64,000 nt of DNA from an uncultured bacterium (GCA_963713855.1 OY970209.1:1152001-1216000); one strand, 5' to 3'. Shown: positions 49,602 to 59,821, counted from the stretch's first letter. Notes: generated by a model from the letters alone, not told the origin. A program made the numbers and translations.

Positions 49602-51310
49602 TGTTTTGAGCGACGACTGTTACAAGGCTTTGTCTTTAACTCGGCTACAAAAGTGCACTGGTGAGCGTCTACAACCTTAAGAGCATACTTTTTCCCTTTT
49701 GACGAACAGACCCGCCGCTCAACGCTTCTTGTGGATATCGTCATCGGTTTTGGTGCATCAGACCAAGAAAGCTTAAAAGGCGGCGTTCCGCCCTTTATTG
49801 TTGCGTACAGCGTTGTACATTCTTTCGAATGCGCACACTCTTTCTGACTCAACTGTACTTTGGGCGAAGGATGTACCTTGACCGAAATTGGCGCAGAGGT
49901 TGCACTGCACTTGTTCTGAAAATGCCCAGTTGCTTTATACGACGCAGTCGATTGGGGGCGAAAGGTATACTTGTAGGGTGAAGTAGCCTTATGGCCTACA
50001 TGCCCGTTTGAAAAATGGATAGCAGTAGGATTTTCGGTAAATGTGGCTGTCAATGTTACAGGCTCTCCAGCACAGACTCGATTTTTATTAGCAATTAGAC
50101 GCATTTGGCGATTTTGAACACGTACCGTGACGGGAAGAGACTCGACAGTTTTACCTGAAACATCACTTATACGTGCGGTATAGGTCGTTGTACGCCCTGG
50201 TTGTATAGTTCGGTACACAACTGATTCCGTAATTTTCTGAAAAGCATTACTATCCAACCATCGAATAGTAAATGGTGGTTGTCCTGAGAGTGTAAGGAGT
50301 AATGTTGTTTTTTCACCAGCGCAAAGCAGGGTTTTAGCAGTTTCAAGCTTTACAGAAGGCAATTTTTGAGGTTCTTCGTTATCTTGCACTATGTTCGTGC
50401 TAGTATCTTCTAAGGCTTCACAGCTTGACGCGCGTATAGCATAGCCTTTATTTGCAAGATTGAGCGTGTTCGTGCTATCAGTGCCTATATAATTATGTTG
50501 AATAACGGTGCTCGAGACCTGTCGGCCCAGAAAAATGCCGTCTGCGGCATTTCCTGAAATGATATTGCTGCTCACGTGTGTACCAGCAGTCTCATGGTGA
50601 GATATAGAAAATTTGTTAATTTGTACTCCGGCATGCCCATTCGGCAGCATTTTATTACCCGTAACATTTACGCCCACATAGTTACCTTTAATTATCGTGC
50701 CATTTGAGGCAGTTAAAAGATCATTGGCGATATTAATGCCCGCTCTACCGTTTCCCGAAATCACATTTCGCTCGTTTTGAGAGTCCCCACCTATGACGTT
50801 TTTAGACGATCCGATGATCGTAATACCGTGATGAGCATTAGGTGCCGCATGCATACCCAAAGCATTTGTGCCAATAAAGCAGCCAACGATACTATTGTTG
50901 TCTGAGCCACCTTTTAACTCGATTCCCGAACGTGAAAAATTGTTAATAACAAGTGATTTAATGGTGCACTTGCTTGCGCCATGGAGCATAAGACCGCTTG
51001 TATACCCAGCTTTTGAACCATCAAGAACAATAAGCGGTGAGTTAGAAAAGCCTGTTTGGGTGCTTCCATCAATCGCTAGGTGGGACGTTTTGATTGTTGG
51101 TAAAGCCGAAAGCAAGAATATTGTCTGAGCACCAATGCCAATATCAAAAACGATTGTATCGCTTCCCACGCCCGCATTTACTTGTTCAATAGCCTCTCGA
51201 AGCGATCCAGCACCGCAATCTTCAGTTGTCGTTACCCTAAAAGTTTTGCCATGCAATGACGCCATAGAAAAAAATAACACTACGCTATATCCCAGTTGCT
51301 TCATGGTCAC
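49598..51310 (-). CDS. Exported parallel beta-helix + Ig-like repeat protein
   Basis: VTTTEDCGAGSLREAI; NVISGN and IGTD beta-helix repeats; C-terminal CAGE/PPF.LSWSD Ig-like modules. Confidence 0.82.
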   Translation of the reverse strand: MTMKQLGYSVVLFFSMASLHGKTFRVTTTEDCGAGSLREAIEQVNAGVGSDTIVFDIGIGAQTIFLLSALPTIKTSHLAIDGSTQTGFSNSPLIVLDGSKAGYTSGLMLHGASKCTIKSLVINNFSRSGIELKGGSDNNSIVGCFIGTNALGMHAAPNAHHGITIIGSSKNVIGGDSQNERNVISGNGRAGINIANDLLTASNGTIIKGNYVGVNVTGNKMLPNGHAGVQINKFSISHHETAGTHVSSNIISGNAADGIFLGRQVSSTVIQHNYIGTDSTNTLNLANKGYAIRASSCEALEDTSTNIVQDNEEPQKLPSVKLETAKTLLCAGEKTTLLLTLSGQPPFTIRWLDSNAFQKITESVVYRTIQPGRTTTYTARISDVSGKTVESLPVTVRVQNRQMRLIANKNRVCAGEPVTLTATFTENPTAIHFSNGHVGHKATSPYKYTFRPQSTASYKATGHFQNKCSATSAPISVKVHPSPKVQLSQKECAHSKECTTLYATIKGGTPPFKLSWSDAPKPMTISTRSVERRVCSSKGKKYALKVVDAHQCTFVAELKTKPCNSRRSKH

Positions 51311-51478
51311 TCCTTGCCATACCTTTTACTACAAGCAGGATATGAAAGGATTACATAGAGTTACAAGAGCACGCATGTACGCCGTGAGTAAGTGTCAATT
51401 GATATTAAAGGTTTTTTAGATAAAAGCCTTGATTTACCGGAAAATGAAGGTGAAATATCAAGTGAGCTTATAATTAAA

Positions 51479-51509
51479 GCACCTAGAGCACGAGTTGTGC
51501 TCTAGGTGC
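51479..51509 (-). terminator. Intrinsic terminator of 51521-52252
   Basis: GCACCTAGAGCAC-N5-GTGCTCTAGGTGC followed by TTTAATT on the minus strand. Confidence 0.65.
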
Positions 51510-51520
51510 CAAATATATAT

Positions 51521-52252
51521 TTATCGAAGTTGAGCGATTAAAGCCTCTTCGGCACGCTGAACTTTTTCACTGATGAGCTCAGCAAATTCCTCTGCTTCTT
51601 CAAGTCCTTCTTCATCAACTGCTGGTTGACCAAAGAATGAACCAAGAAGACCGCAGGTAGAGCCGAGGATTCCCCCAACAGAGCCTACCACCAAAGCTGT
51701 AGCAGCGTAAGCAGGCATGAAGGTAAGACCAAAAGAATACGCTAAGGATTGGTAAAGATAGGAAAGAGATCCGCCTATTAAAGCTCCGGCACCAAATCCA
51801 ACGACGCCTCCCGAAACTGCAGGAGCGAAGATGCTTGGCTTAGAACCTTTAACCATAACTAACTCTAAGCCATTAAGCGTGGTAAATGATGGCAGTATAA
51901 GAGTGCCCGATTTAAGCTGATCGGCGACATCTGCCAAAAGCTCGCAATAATTTTGAGCAGATTGCTCAAAGGCTTTTTGACGTCTTCTTAAAGAAGATCC
52001 TTGAACCGATGAAGCTGCTGCTTTAAAATAAGTTGAAAGTGCCTTTCGCACAGTTTTTTGAGATTTAGAAATTTCATTAATTGCACGATTAGAGTCCGTT
52101 ATAAGTGCTCTTCTTTTAGAACGCGGAGCAAATACAACTTCTTCAATTGTTGCTTCGTGTACATCCGAATCCAAGTCTTTATCTATAGCACTAATGTTAG
52201 CAAACGAGAGCGCCGTGACACATAACGCTATACTTTTGTTAAAGATATTCAT
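51521..52252 (-). CDS. Exported protein with glycine-zipper hydrophobic hairpin
   Basis: GAGGA SD before MNIFNK; signal peptide; GGVVGFGAGALIGG and GSVGGILGSTCGLLG. Confidence 0.72.
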   Translation of the reverse strand: MNIFNKSIALCVTALSFANISAIDKDLDSDVHEATIEEVVFAPRSKRRALITDSNRAINEISKSQKTVRKALSTYFKAAASSVQGSSLRRRQKAFEQSAQNYCELLADVADQLKSGTLILPSFTTLNGLELVMVKGSKPSIFAPAVSGGVVGFGAGALIGGSLSYLYQSLAYSFGLTFMPAYAATALVVGSVGGILGSTCGLLGSFFGQPAVDEEGLEEAEEFAELISEKVQRAEEALIAQLR

Positions 52253-52494
52253 GGTTATCCTCACTGTTAAGATGTAATTGAAAGTTTTTAAGCACATTCA
52301 ATTAATTTATTTGCAAATGTGCACTTTCAATTTTTGATTGTATATATATTTTTTCTTTTTTCAAGTTTTTGAAAATTTGACCGAATTTGAAAAATGTTTT
52401 AGCAAAGCCAATTTTGAAAATATGTTTCTTATTGAAAATGATGAGAATAGCTTCTACGCCATATGACGGTGAGCAAAAATCAATTTAAATAGCG

Positions 52495-53436
52495 TCACCG
52501 TGGGCTTAAGAGCGCGAGTATTTTGGGGCTTCTTTTATAAAGTTTTGCGATATCTAAAGGCGTATTTCCGATACAATCGCCTATTTTTAATGAGGAGCCT
52601 GCGCCTATCAGAAGTTGAATAAAATCAGCCTCGGCAAATGCAGCAGCCCAATGTAATGGGGTAAGACCGTCCGAATCTTGTGCATTGCCGGAAGCACCTT
52701 TTTGCATGAGCTTTTTTGCCAAAAAGTGCATATTTCTACGTGCAGCCCAATGCAAAGGTATTCTTTTGTCGTTATCGCTTATTGTCGCTGACGATCCTGC
52801 GTTAAGAAGTATATCGGCAGCTTTTTTTGCACCAAGCTGAATAGCGTGAACAAGTGGCGTTTGGCCATTCACATCTTGCGCATTTAGGTTTGCCTTGTAA
52901 GCAATAAGAAGCGCCATACTTTTTTCATCGCCGCTGCGAGCACTTTTGTGTAGCGGCGTTTCCTGATCGCGGTCTTTTGCTTCGATTGCAGCGTTTTTGC
53001 GTATAAGCACTTCTGCAGACTTAAAGCGCCTATAATAGGTAGCCTCATGCAATGGGGTTTTTTGTAAAGCGTCCAATGCGTTAACATCAGCGCCATTTTC
53101 GATCAAAAGCTCTACAATCGAAGGATTGTCTTGAAAAGAGGCTAAATGTAATGGTGTTTGATTAAAAGAATTAACAGCATTTACAAGAGCACCTTTGCTC
53201 AAAAGAGTTTTGACTATATCTTTATAACCATAAGCACTTGCAAGGTGCAAAGGCGTATTACCTACAGCATCTTTCGCATTGATATTTTTAGCTTGCCCCA
53301 TAAATGGCAAAATTTCATTCACATCACCTAAGGCAACAGCACAATGGAGAGCCTTGCATTTTTCTTCCCCTCTTTGGGCAAAGCTTAGCGCGCATGGGAT
53401 AATGGTGGCCGCAAAAACGTAAACGAAACTTTTCAT
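52495..53436 (-). CDS. Exported canonical ankyrin-repeat protein (about 8-9 repeats)
   Basis: AGGAGG SD; MKSFVY start overlaps the upstream stop; repeated G/QxTPLH. Confidence 0.92.
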   Translation of the reverse strand: MKSFVYVFAATIIPCALSFAQRGEEKCKALHCAVALGDVNEILPFMGQAKNINAKDAVGNTPLHLASAYGYKDIVKTLLSKGALVNAVNSFNQTPLHLASFQDNPSIVELLIENGADVNALDALQKTPLHEATYYRRFKSAEVLIRKNAAIEAKDRDQETPLHKSARSGDEKSMALLIAYKANLNAQDVNGQTPLVHAIQLGAKKAADILLNAGSSATISDNDKRIPLHWAARRNMHFLAKKLMQKGASGNAQDSDGLTPLHWAAAFAEADFIQLLIGAGSSLKIGDCIGNTPLDIAKLYKRSPKILALLSPR

Positions 53437-54491
53437 CAGATGCCTCCTAATATGCTCTTTAAAGAAAACGCTGAGCATGTTTTGTCCGTCTCACACTGTT
53501 CTTTGTAAAGGAGCGCCTTTTTTGCGCGTGTATTGAGCTTATTGATCAGCTTCATCGCATTTCCCTCTTCAACAAAGTCAAGCGCTAAGAAATTAGGATT
53601 TTTACCATACCCTAGCCCCTTTTTCTTGCAGAAATTAACAAGATCTTTAAGTGCATTATAGCTGTTATCTTTAGCACTTGCCGCTAAAGGACCTGTAAAT
53701 TGCCTAAAAAAGTTAATTAAAAGAAGATAGCGCTTCAAGTCTTTAAATGCTGCCGAATCATGTCGCTCAGCAGAGGCTTTTAACTTATCTACCGTACCGT
53801 ATTGAGATTCAATCATATAATGCCAACTATACCAAAACGGAAATGTATACCTATCTGGGTTATCTTTACGTGAAAAATCTGAACCTGTCTTATCTTCATT
53901 AAAAATAACAATTCTTTTGTTGCGAGCCCTCATCCATGAAAGTGTTGGCCATTTGCCATCGTGCTTAGAAGGATCCCAATCTTTTAGCTCTAACACCATA
54001 GGCAAAAAGCTTTCTAATGAGGCAATTTCCCCAGCCACTTTTTCATTATCTACGCGATTTTCTAAAAAAATAGTTACTATCTCAGAAGGGTGCTTATCGA
54101 GCCACTCTTTTATAGTAGTAAGCGTGCTTTTAAGCGTTTCATACTCGTGCTTGTTCCACAAAGCACCGGCTGCCTTACCAATCCCCTTTTGTAAGGTGTG
54201 TAGAGCACTGCACCCACCGTGGCACAGGCGTATTGACCCGTCCGGAAATTCGTGGGCATCAAGCATTATGCCACGCACACCATGGTCAAGCTGCTCTTCG
54301 ATACTCCATGTTTGCATCATATACCGCATCCAACCCTCGTTAAAATTGGCAAATGCATTATGGGCAGTTAAAAAAGATACCTCATCATAGCGAAGCTTTG
54401 AGTAAGGAAAAACCCACGCATCTAAACCGAGAGCTACGTTCGTGTATAAGACTAAGCATACACCTAATTTCTGAATTGTTCTTATATACAT
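53436..54491 (-). CDS. Exported PI-PLC X-domain (PLC-like phosphodiesterase) protein
   Basis: FLTAHNAF, QLDHGVRGIMLDAH, LCHG, WLDKHPSEIVTIFLE, PNFLALDF. Confidence 0.88.
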   Translation of the reverse strand: MYIRTIQKLGVCLVLYTNVALGLDAWVFPYSKLRYDEVSFLTAHNAFANFNEGWMRYMMQTWSIEEQLDHGVRGIMLDAHEFPDGSIRLCHGGCSALHTLQKGIGKAAGALWNKHEYETLKSTLTTIKEWLDKHPSEIVTIFLENRVDNEKVAGEIASLESFLPMVLELKDWDPSKHDGKWPTLSWMRARNKRIVIFNEDKTGSDFSRKDNPDRYTFPFWYSWHYMIESQYGTVDKLKASAERHDSAAFKDLKRYLLLINFFRQFTGPLAASAKDNSYNALKDLVNFCKKKGLGYGKNPNFLALDFVEEGNAMKLINKLNTRAKKALLYKEQCETDKTCSAFSLKSILGGI

Positions 54492-54739
54492 AGTGTCTCA
54501 AAAATAATGTTTTTAATAGTTTAAAATAAAAATGGCAAAAAATACAATACTATAAGAATTTTTTAAGATATTTCGTCGATGTTTCAAAATAAAATAAATC
54601 TGCTATATATGTTAATGCACTTACTCTTTAACAAACATATATTTGCAAATTGACAAATATAACAGCCCAGATATAGTAAAAGTGAAGCCTAATGCATTTT
54701 GAAAAAGCGCTTTTATGCGTAGTCTTGAAAGGAATACCC

Positions 54740-55390
54740 TTGAAGAAATTTTTATTGCTGGGGCTTTTAATATCATCGTTGAGCGAGGCTTCCCAGGTTA
54801 TTATCATACGGCACGGTCAATCTGACCATAACGTCGAACATTTTCGAAGTTCTAATGAAAGTCATCCAAACTACCGTGTGTCACATTTAACAGCTCAAGG
54901 TAAACGCGAGGTTTTGCGATCTGCACGAGATCTTAAAGCTCGCTATCCGGGCATTACTCGCGTTTATGCCTCACCTCTTCCGCGTACGAAAGAAACTGCG
55001 CGTATCGTCATGAAAGAGCTAGGTATTCCTGATGGTAAGCTCTATATTGATATAAGGCTTACTGAAAAACAAGCTGGTGATCTTGAAGGTAGGCATATTT
55101 CTTACCGGTTACCCCACGCTCGAGGAATTGAGACACGTAAGAAAATAGAGGAAAGAGTGCGCTCGTTTCGTAAAATCCTGAATCCAAATGAAACCGTGCT
55201 CATTGTCACACACGCAGCACCTGCTACAGCACTTAATGAAGCACTAGATGGAAAAAGAAGCAGCTTTAAAACGGCCAGTTTTGTTGTTACCAGCTTAAAA
55301 ACTGCCAAGAAAAAGAAGAGCATACGCTCTAGAAGTACAACGGTGGCAGTAGTAAAGCACTTAAAAAACAAACGTTCAAAGCGCAAGTAG
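54740..55390 (+). CDS. Exported histidine phosphatase (phosphoglycerate mutase family)
   Basis: IIRHGQS, SPLPRTKETA, RLTE, IVTH; TTG start after AAAGGA (ORF open from 54692); basic tail. Confidence 0.85.
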   Translation: MKKFLLLGLLISSLSEASQVIIIRHGQSDHNVEHFRSSNESHPNYRVSHLTAQGKREVLRSARDLKARYPGITRVYASPLPRTKETARIVMKELGIPDGKLYIDIRLTEKQAGDLEGRHISYRLPHARGIETRKKIEERVRSFRKILNPNETVLIVTHAAPATALNEALDGKRSSFKTASFVVTSLKTAKKKKSIRSRSTTVAVVKHLKNKRSKRK

Positions 55391-55395
55391 TGCTT

Positions 55396-56514
55396 TTAAG
55401 TGTTTTCATACTCTTTTTCTAGAAGTTCCAGATAAGGTGCAAACGTATAAAGCTTATTGCGCTTTTGTTCGGTGCTTTCCCTCAAGTACCCTAAATCCAC
55501 AAAAAGCCGAACAACGCTGTGAGCAGTGTTATAGGCCTTATTAAGGCGCGCGCTTACCTCTGTGATACTAATAACGGGCAACTGAAAGAATAAAGAAAGT
55601 GCCTTTAGTGCTGTTGGCCTGCCTCTACTAAAAGCTCTATCGCTCTCGATGGTTGCTCTCAGGTGTTTTTCAAGAGCCTCTATATCTTTTGCTCTCCGGT
55701 ACGCGTCCATACTACTATCTCGAATAGTTTTTAAGTAGTACACAAGCCACCCCTCAAAGTCTCCATTCGTTCTTACCGCATCAAGCCGCTGGTAGTACTC
55801 GAGGTGGTTCTTTTTTATGTAATATGAAGGATAGAGGATGGGAGCTGAAAGCAGTCCACCTTCTATAAGCATGAGAACAATTAAAAGCCGCCCTATACGG
55901 CCATTTCCATCAAGAAACGGGTGAATCGTTTCAAATTGCACGTGTACAAGGCCCGTTTTTATAAGAAGGGGAAGCCCATCCTCTCTATGCATATACGCTT
56001 CAAGTTCTGTCATAAGGCGAACGATTTGATTAGGCGGGCTTGGCAGCAAGTTGCCTACGCGTACCATCTGTTGACGATAGCTTCCCGGATGTGCGTGGCC
56101 TTCTAAAAGCTCTGAATGCGCCGCTAAAATAACTCTTGAAGACAGCGGAAGGCCTTCCTCCTGTATAAGTTGCAACCCAGTCTCAAGCGCTTTTGAGTAA
56201 TTAAGAATAAGGTTTGCATCTTTAGACGATTTTGTTTCAAGAAAAGGCTGCGTAAATACGTCGCCAAGCGTCGTATGGATGCCCTCAATAGCCGAAGATA
56301 AAAGAGCCTCTTTAATAACGTACGCTTTTATAAATCTTTTAATGTTAGGTAAATAGCGGGCCATCTCATTCAGTTGCCCCAACCGAAGCATAGCTTCGCC
56401 GTAAAGAACCGCAAGCTGGCCACCTAGCTCAAAAGGCGGATCTTTAGGCGGAAGAGGATCGGGTATAAAAAACTGCTTGTCGGCTAACGTTTCGTAATAG
56501 CCTGTTTTTCTCAT
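55396..56514 (-). CDS. Fic family protein with N-terminal inhibitory motif and C-terminal HTH
   Basis: HPFLDGNGRIGR catalytic motif; SSAIEG motif; C-terminal winged-HTH-like segment. Confidence 0.93.
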   Translation of the reverse strand: MRKTGYYETLADKQFFIPDPLPPKDPPFELGGQLAVLYGEAMLRLGQLNEMARYLPNIKRFIKAYVIKEALLSSAIEGIHTTLGDVFTQPFLETKSSKDANLILNYSKALETGLQLIQEEGLPLSSRVILAAHSELLEGHAHPGSYRQQMVRVGNLLPSPPNQIVRLMTELEAYMHREDGLPLLIKTGLVHVQFETIHPFLDGNGRIGRLLIVLMLIEGGLLSAPILYPSYYIKKNHLEYYQRLDAVRTNGDFEGWLVYYLKTIRDSSMDAYRRAKDIEALEKHLRATIESDRAFSRGRPTALKALSLFFQLPVISITEVSARLNKAYNTAHSVVRLFVDLGYLRESTEQKRNKLYTFAPYLELLEKEYENT

Positions 56515-56522
56515 AAAGTTCC

Positions 56523-56606
56523 TTATTTCACGGCAATGCTTGGTATTTGAAATTATTATACCTCGCTCGGATTTTTATTTCAATATTTATGGCTAAACTG
56601 AAATAA
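56523..56606. promoter_or_regulatory. Two inverted-repeat operator-like sites upstream of fic
   Basis: TTATTTCA-N17-TGAAATTA and TTATTTCA-N16-TGAAATAA. Confidence 0.55.
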
Positions 56607-56610
56607 CGAG

Positions 56611-56646
56611 AAAAAAGCCCGGATGTAAAGGAAATTACATCCGGGC
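56611..56646 (-). terminator. Intrinsic terminator of 56670-58472
   Basis: GCCCGGATGTAA-loop-TTACATCCGGGC followed by T6 on the minus strand. Confidence 0.75.
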
Positions 56647-56669
56647 CGAAAATAGAGAGCAAAAATGTC

Positions 56670-58472
56670 TTAGCTCACTTTTGGAGCTTCCTCACTTTTA
56701 ACTTCAGGAGTTTCAGCTTTAACTTCGGGAGTTTCATCAACTTTCTCAATTACTTCTTCGTGTGTAAGATAGCCGTAAATTCTTTCAGAAAGGACTCCTG
56801 CAAAAGCGACGATAGCGCCAACGCCAACAGCAAGACGGCTTCTTGACCAACCCGTACTTACCGGAGCTGCCGGAGGTTGACTTTCAATAGAGTCACCGAC
56901 GCCTTTATTAGATTTATTCAGCTTATCTTTAAGCTTCTTTGTACCATCCTTAACCTTATTCGTAGCTTTTTCAAACGCTTTCTTAAGCTTTGAAGGTTTG
57001 TCATTGGTTGGTTGATCGTCTTTCTTATTTAGCTTCTTCTCGATCTCTGTGGGCTCACCGTTCGCAGGCGGAGCAAATTTCTCAGGCAATGTAGGATCAA
57101 GCTTACCCGGTACTATATTATTGCTTCCACTTTCCACTTCAGGAACAATCACAGCAACACCTATTGTATCACTTGTCCCCCGAACTCTGTCACCTGGTAC
57201 CGGGTCCTCTATCATTGAGTCAACATCAGTCAATAGGCCAACATCAGTCGCGTCATCATCACCTTCAACAACTGTCACAGGCTCTTGATCAGTTTCCGGC
57301 CTTATTTCTAGACTTGCCTCTAAAACTGAAGCCTCTTCAAGGTTAAAATCTTCCTCCGGGATATCTTTTGAAACTTCTTTTTCTTTTTCTCGTTCACGAG
57401 ATTCGCTTTGCACAGGTGCAGGGCGACGCCTTATTTGAGAAGTTCTGTCATCAAAAGGAACATTAAGAGCAGTTTCTATGCGAGAAAGCATGAGAGGTCG
57501 ACTCGCAGCGAGCATGCGAGGTGTTTGACCCTCCCTATTTGGTAAGTCAACAATACCTAGTAGAACAGTAGGGTCAACGTCTGCTAGAACAGCATACAAA
57601 AACAAAATCTGATCGCTCATGATAGCAAGATGTAAAGGCATATCTCCATTACGGTCGGCTCTCATGAGTACCGTGGGACAGGTTTCAATCATGCGTTTTA
57701 TAAGCTTGGTCAATGATTTAATATATTTCTTGATTCGCGATTTTGAAGAGCCCTCTTTAAAATGAATTTTTCGTAAGAGCATATGGAGCGGGGTCTTTCC
57801 GGCTTTATTTTTTCTATCAACTGGAACTCCCGCATCTAGCAATATATTTGCTATGTTAGGCAATCCTGCATGGATGGCCAGGTGAAGAGCAGAATTATCA
57901 CGAGCATCTACATGGCTCAGTATCTCAGGCATATTACGCACAAAATGCCTAACTATCCCCTCCCTGCCTGTACGTGAGGCAAGAAGAAAGAAAGTTTCTT
58001 GATTCCGATTCCTCAGAGTCGCGCCTTCAGGTCGCTCATGCAATAATACTGTTAACCCCCTTACGTTATTATTTATGACCGTGACGTGAAACGCTGAGTC
58101 TCCTTGATCGTTAACAGCTGCAAAATTTGCGCCAGCGTTAAGAGCGGCTAAGACATCTGTCACGGTAGCCTCAGAGTCTCTTGCTGCAGCTCGAAAAAGG
58201 AGATCATTTACTCCTTCGTGAGAGGCTAAACTTAAAGGTTTCGCCTCACCTCTCTTCTCTTTTTTCTCTTTTCTTGCTCTTTCTGTAGTTGGAGATCTTT
58301 TGACTGCGTCCGCTAACTTTCCACGCAATCCTGAAATAAAGCCACCCCGTTTAGGGGTTTCCGGCTTTTTGGGAGTTTCTTTGGGGTCATCTTCCCCACC
58401 TTCCATGGCCTTGAGAGGTTGAAGGGAGCATCCAATCAAGATCGCACCCAAAAGCATATGTTTTCTATTCAC
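56670..58472 (-). CDS. Exported ankyrin-repeat protein with acidic linker and C-terminal TM
   Basis: GAGGA SD, GTG start; signal then AMEGG; GDSAFHV, SALHLAI, GKTPLH, GDMPLHLA; TM LAVGVGAIVAFAGVL. Confidence 0.88.
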   Translation of the reverse strand: MNRKHMLLGAILIGCSLQPLKAMEGGEDDPKETPKKPETPKRGGFISGLRGKLADAVKRSPTTERARKEKKEKRGEAKPLSLASHEGVNDLLFRAAARDSEATVTDVLAALNAGANFAAVNDQGDSAFHVTVINNNVRGLTVLLHERPEGATLRNRNQETFFLLASRTGREGIVRHFVRNMPEILSHVDARDNSALHLAIHAGLPNIANILLDAGVPVDRKNKAGKTPLHMLLRKIHFKEGSSKSRIKKYIKSLTKLIKRMIETCPTVLMRADRNGDMPLHLAIMSDQILFLYAVLADVDPTVLLGIVDLPNREGQTPRMLAASRPLMLSRIETALNVPFDDRTSQIRRRPAPVQSESREREKEKEVSKDIPEEDFNLEEASVLEASLEIRPETDQEPVTVVEGDDDATDVGLLTDVDSMIEDPVPGDRVRGTSDTIGVAVIVPEVESGSNNIVPGKLDPTLPEKFAPPANGEPTEIEKKLNKKDDQPTNDKPSKLKKAFEKATNKVKDGTKKLKDKLNKSNKGVGDSIESQPPAAPVSTGWSRSRLAVGVGAIVAFAGVLSERIYGYLTHEEVIEKVDETPEVKAETPEVKSEEAPKVS

Positions 58473-58690
58473 GAAATCCTCGCTTTATTGATAGATTCTG
58501 ATTTACCAGGTTAAAACTAAACTAGTCATATTTTATCAGTAAAAAAATATTTTGTCTTCAATGACTTCTGCAGCCAATTCTTTCCATAAAGCCGATCAGG
58601 AAAGGAGATTCTTGAAGCTTACCCGTGGCATTAAGCCCAGAATTATAATTTATGATATAATAGAATTATCGATAAACAGGTGGAAAGATA

Positions 58691-59821
58691 ATGGAACCAT
58701 TAGCATCACGTATAAGGCCTACGAGTCTTTCAGAATTTATTGGCCAAGAGCATCTTGTGGGTAAGGGAAAGCCTTTACAAAGCGCCATAGAAAAAGAGCA
58801 TCTTTTTAGCTTCATTTTATGGGGACCACCAGGTGTTGGAAAAACTACCTTAGCTCGCTTATATGCAAAAGCTCTCGATGCAGCATATTACGAACTCTCG
58901 GCGGTTTCGGCTGGTAAAGACGCCATAAAAAAAGCCATCGAAGCTGATGATCAACAAAAACCAAAAGTTCTCTTTTTAGATGAGCTGCATCGCTTTAACA
59001 AAGCGCAGCAAGATTTTCTCTTGCCGTACGTCGAGTCTGGCATGCTCGTTCTTATTGGTGCTACCACCGAAAACCCGAGCTTTGAGGTTATACCAGCCTT
59101 ACTTTCGCGCTGCCAGGTTTTTGTTCTACGTGAGCTTAGCGAAGAAGAGCTTATCAAGATCCTTGATCGTAGCGGTATTACTATTGAACCTGACGCCAAA
59201 AAATGGCTAGCCCAGATAGCTAACGGAGATGCTCGTCAAGCGCTATCCATTGCTGCAAATGCTGCCGAGCTTTATAAGACAGTTACGCTAGAGACGATTA
59301 AGTGCACCTTACAAAAAAGCTTTCTTAAGTACGACAAAAAAGGTGAGGAGCATTACAATACCATTTCCGCTTTTATTAAATCGATGAGAGCTTCAGATGC
59401 TGACGCAGCTCTCTATTACCTTGCCCGTATGGTTGAGGCTGGCGAAGAGCCGAAATTTATAGCTCGGCGCATGGTCATATTCGCTTCAGAGGATATTGGA
59501 TTAGCCGATCCGCAAGCCTTAACGATCGCTACAAGCGTTTTTAGGGCAGTCGAAGTGCTAGGGTACCCCGAATGTGCTATATCTCTTTCGCATGGTGTTT
59601 GCTATCTTGCTCGCGCGCCAAAAAACAGAGCATCCTATAATGCATACTTTCAAGCCGTTAACGATGTTACTGCTCATGGCAATCTACCCATCCCACTTGT
59701 TATAAGAAACGCACCAACAAAGCTTATGAAGGATCTCGATTATGCAAAAGGGTATACGATGTACTCAAAAGAAAGTCTGTTGCCTGAAAAGCTTAAGGGT
59801 AAAAAGTACCTAAAAATCTAA
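58691..59821 (+). CDS. rarA: Replication-associated recombination protein A (AAA+)
   Basis: PLASRIRP, GPPGVGKT, DELHRFNKAQQD, GATTENP, ISAFIKSMR, SEDIGLAD. Confidence 0.96.
   Translation: MEPLASRIRPTSLSEFIGQEHLVGKGKPLQSAIEKEHLFSFILWGPPGVGKTTLARLYAKALDAAYYELSAVSAGKDAIKKAIEADDQQKPKVLFLDELHRFNKAQQDFLLPYVESGMLVLIGATTENPSFEVIPALLSRCQVFVLRELSEEELIKILDRSGITIEPDAKKWLAQIANGDARQALSIAANAAELYKTVTLETIKCTLQKSFLKYDKKGEEHYNTISAFIKSMRASDADAALYYLARMVEAGEEPKFIARRMVIFASEDIGLADPQALTIATSVFRAVEVLGYPECAISLSHGVCYLARAPKNRASYNAYFQAVNDVTAHGNLPIPLVIRNAPTKLMKDLDYAKGYTMYSKESLLPEKLKGKKYLKI

Noticed and set aside
56690..56740. Short tandem repeat ETPEVK in the tail of the ankyrin gene
   Set aside because: A two-copy 21-bp coding duplication with no evident further significance
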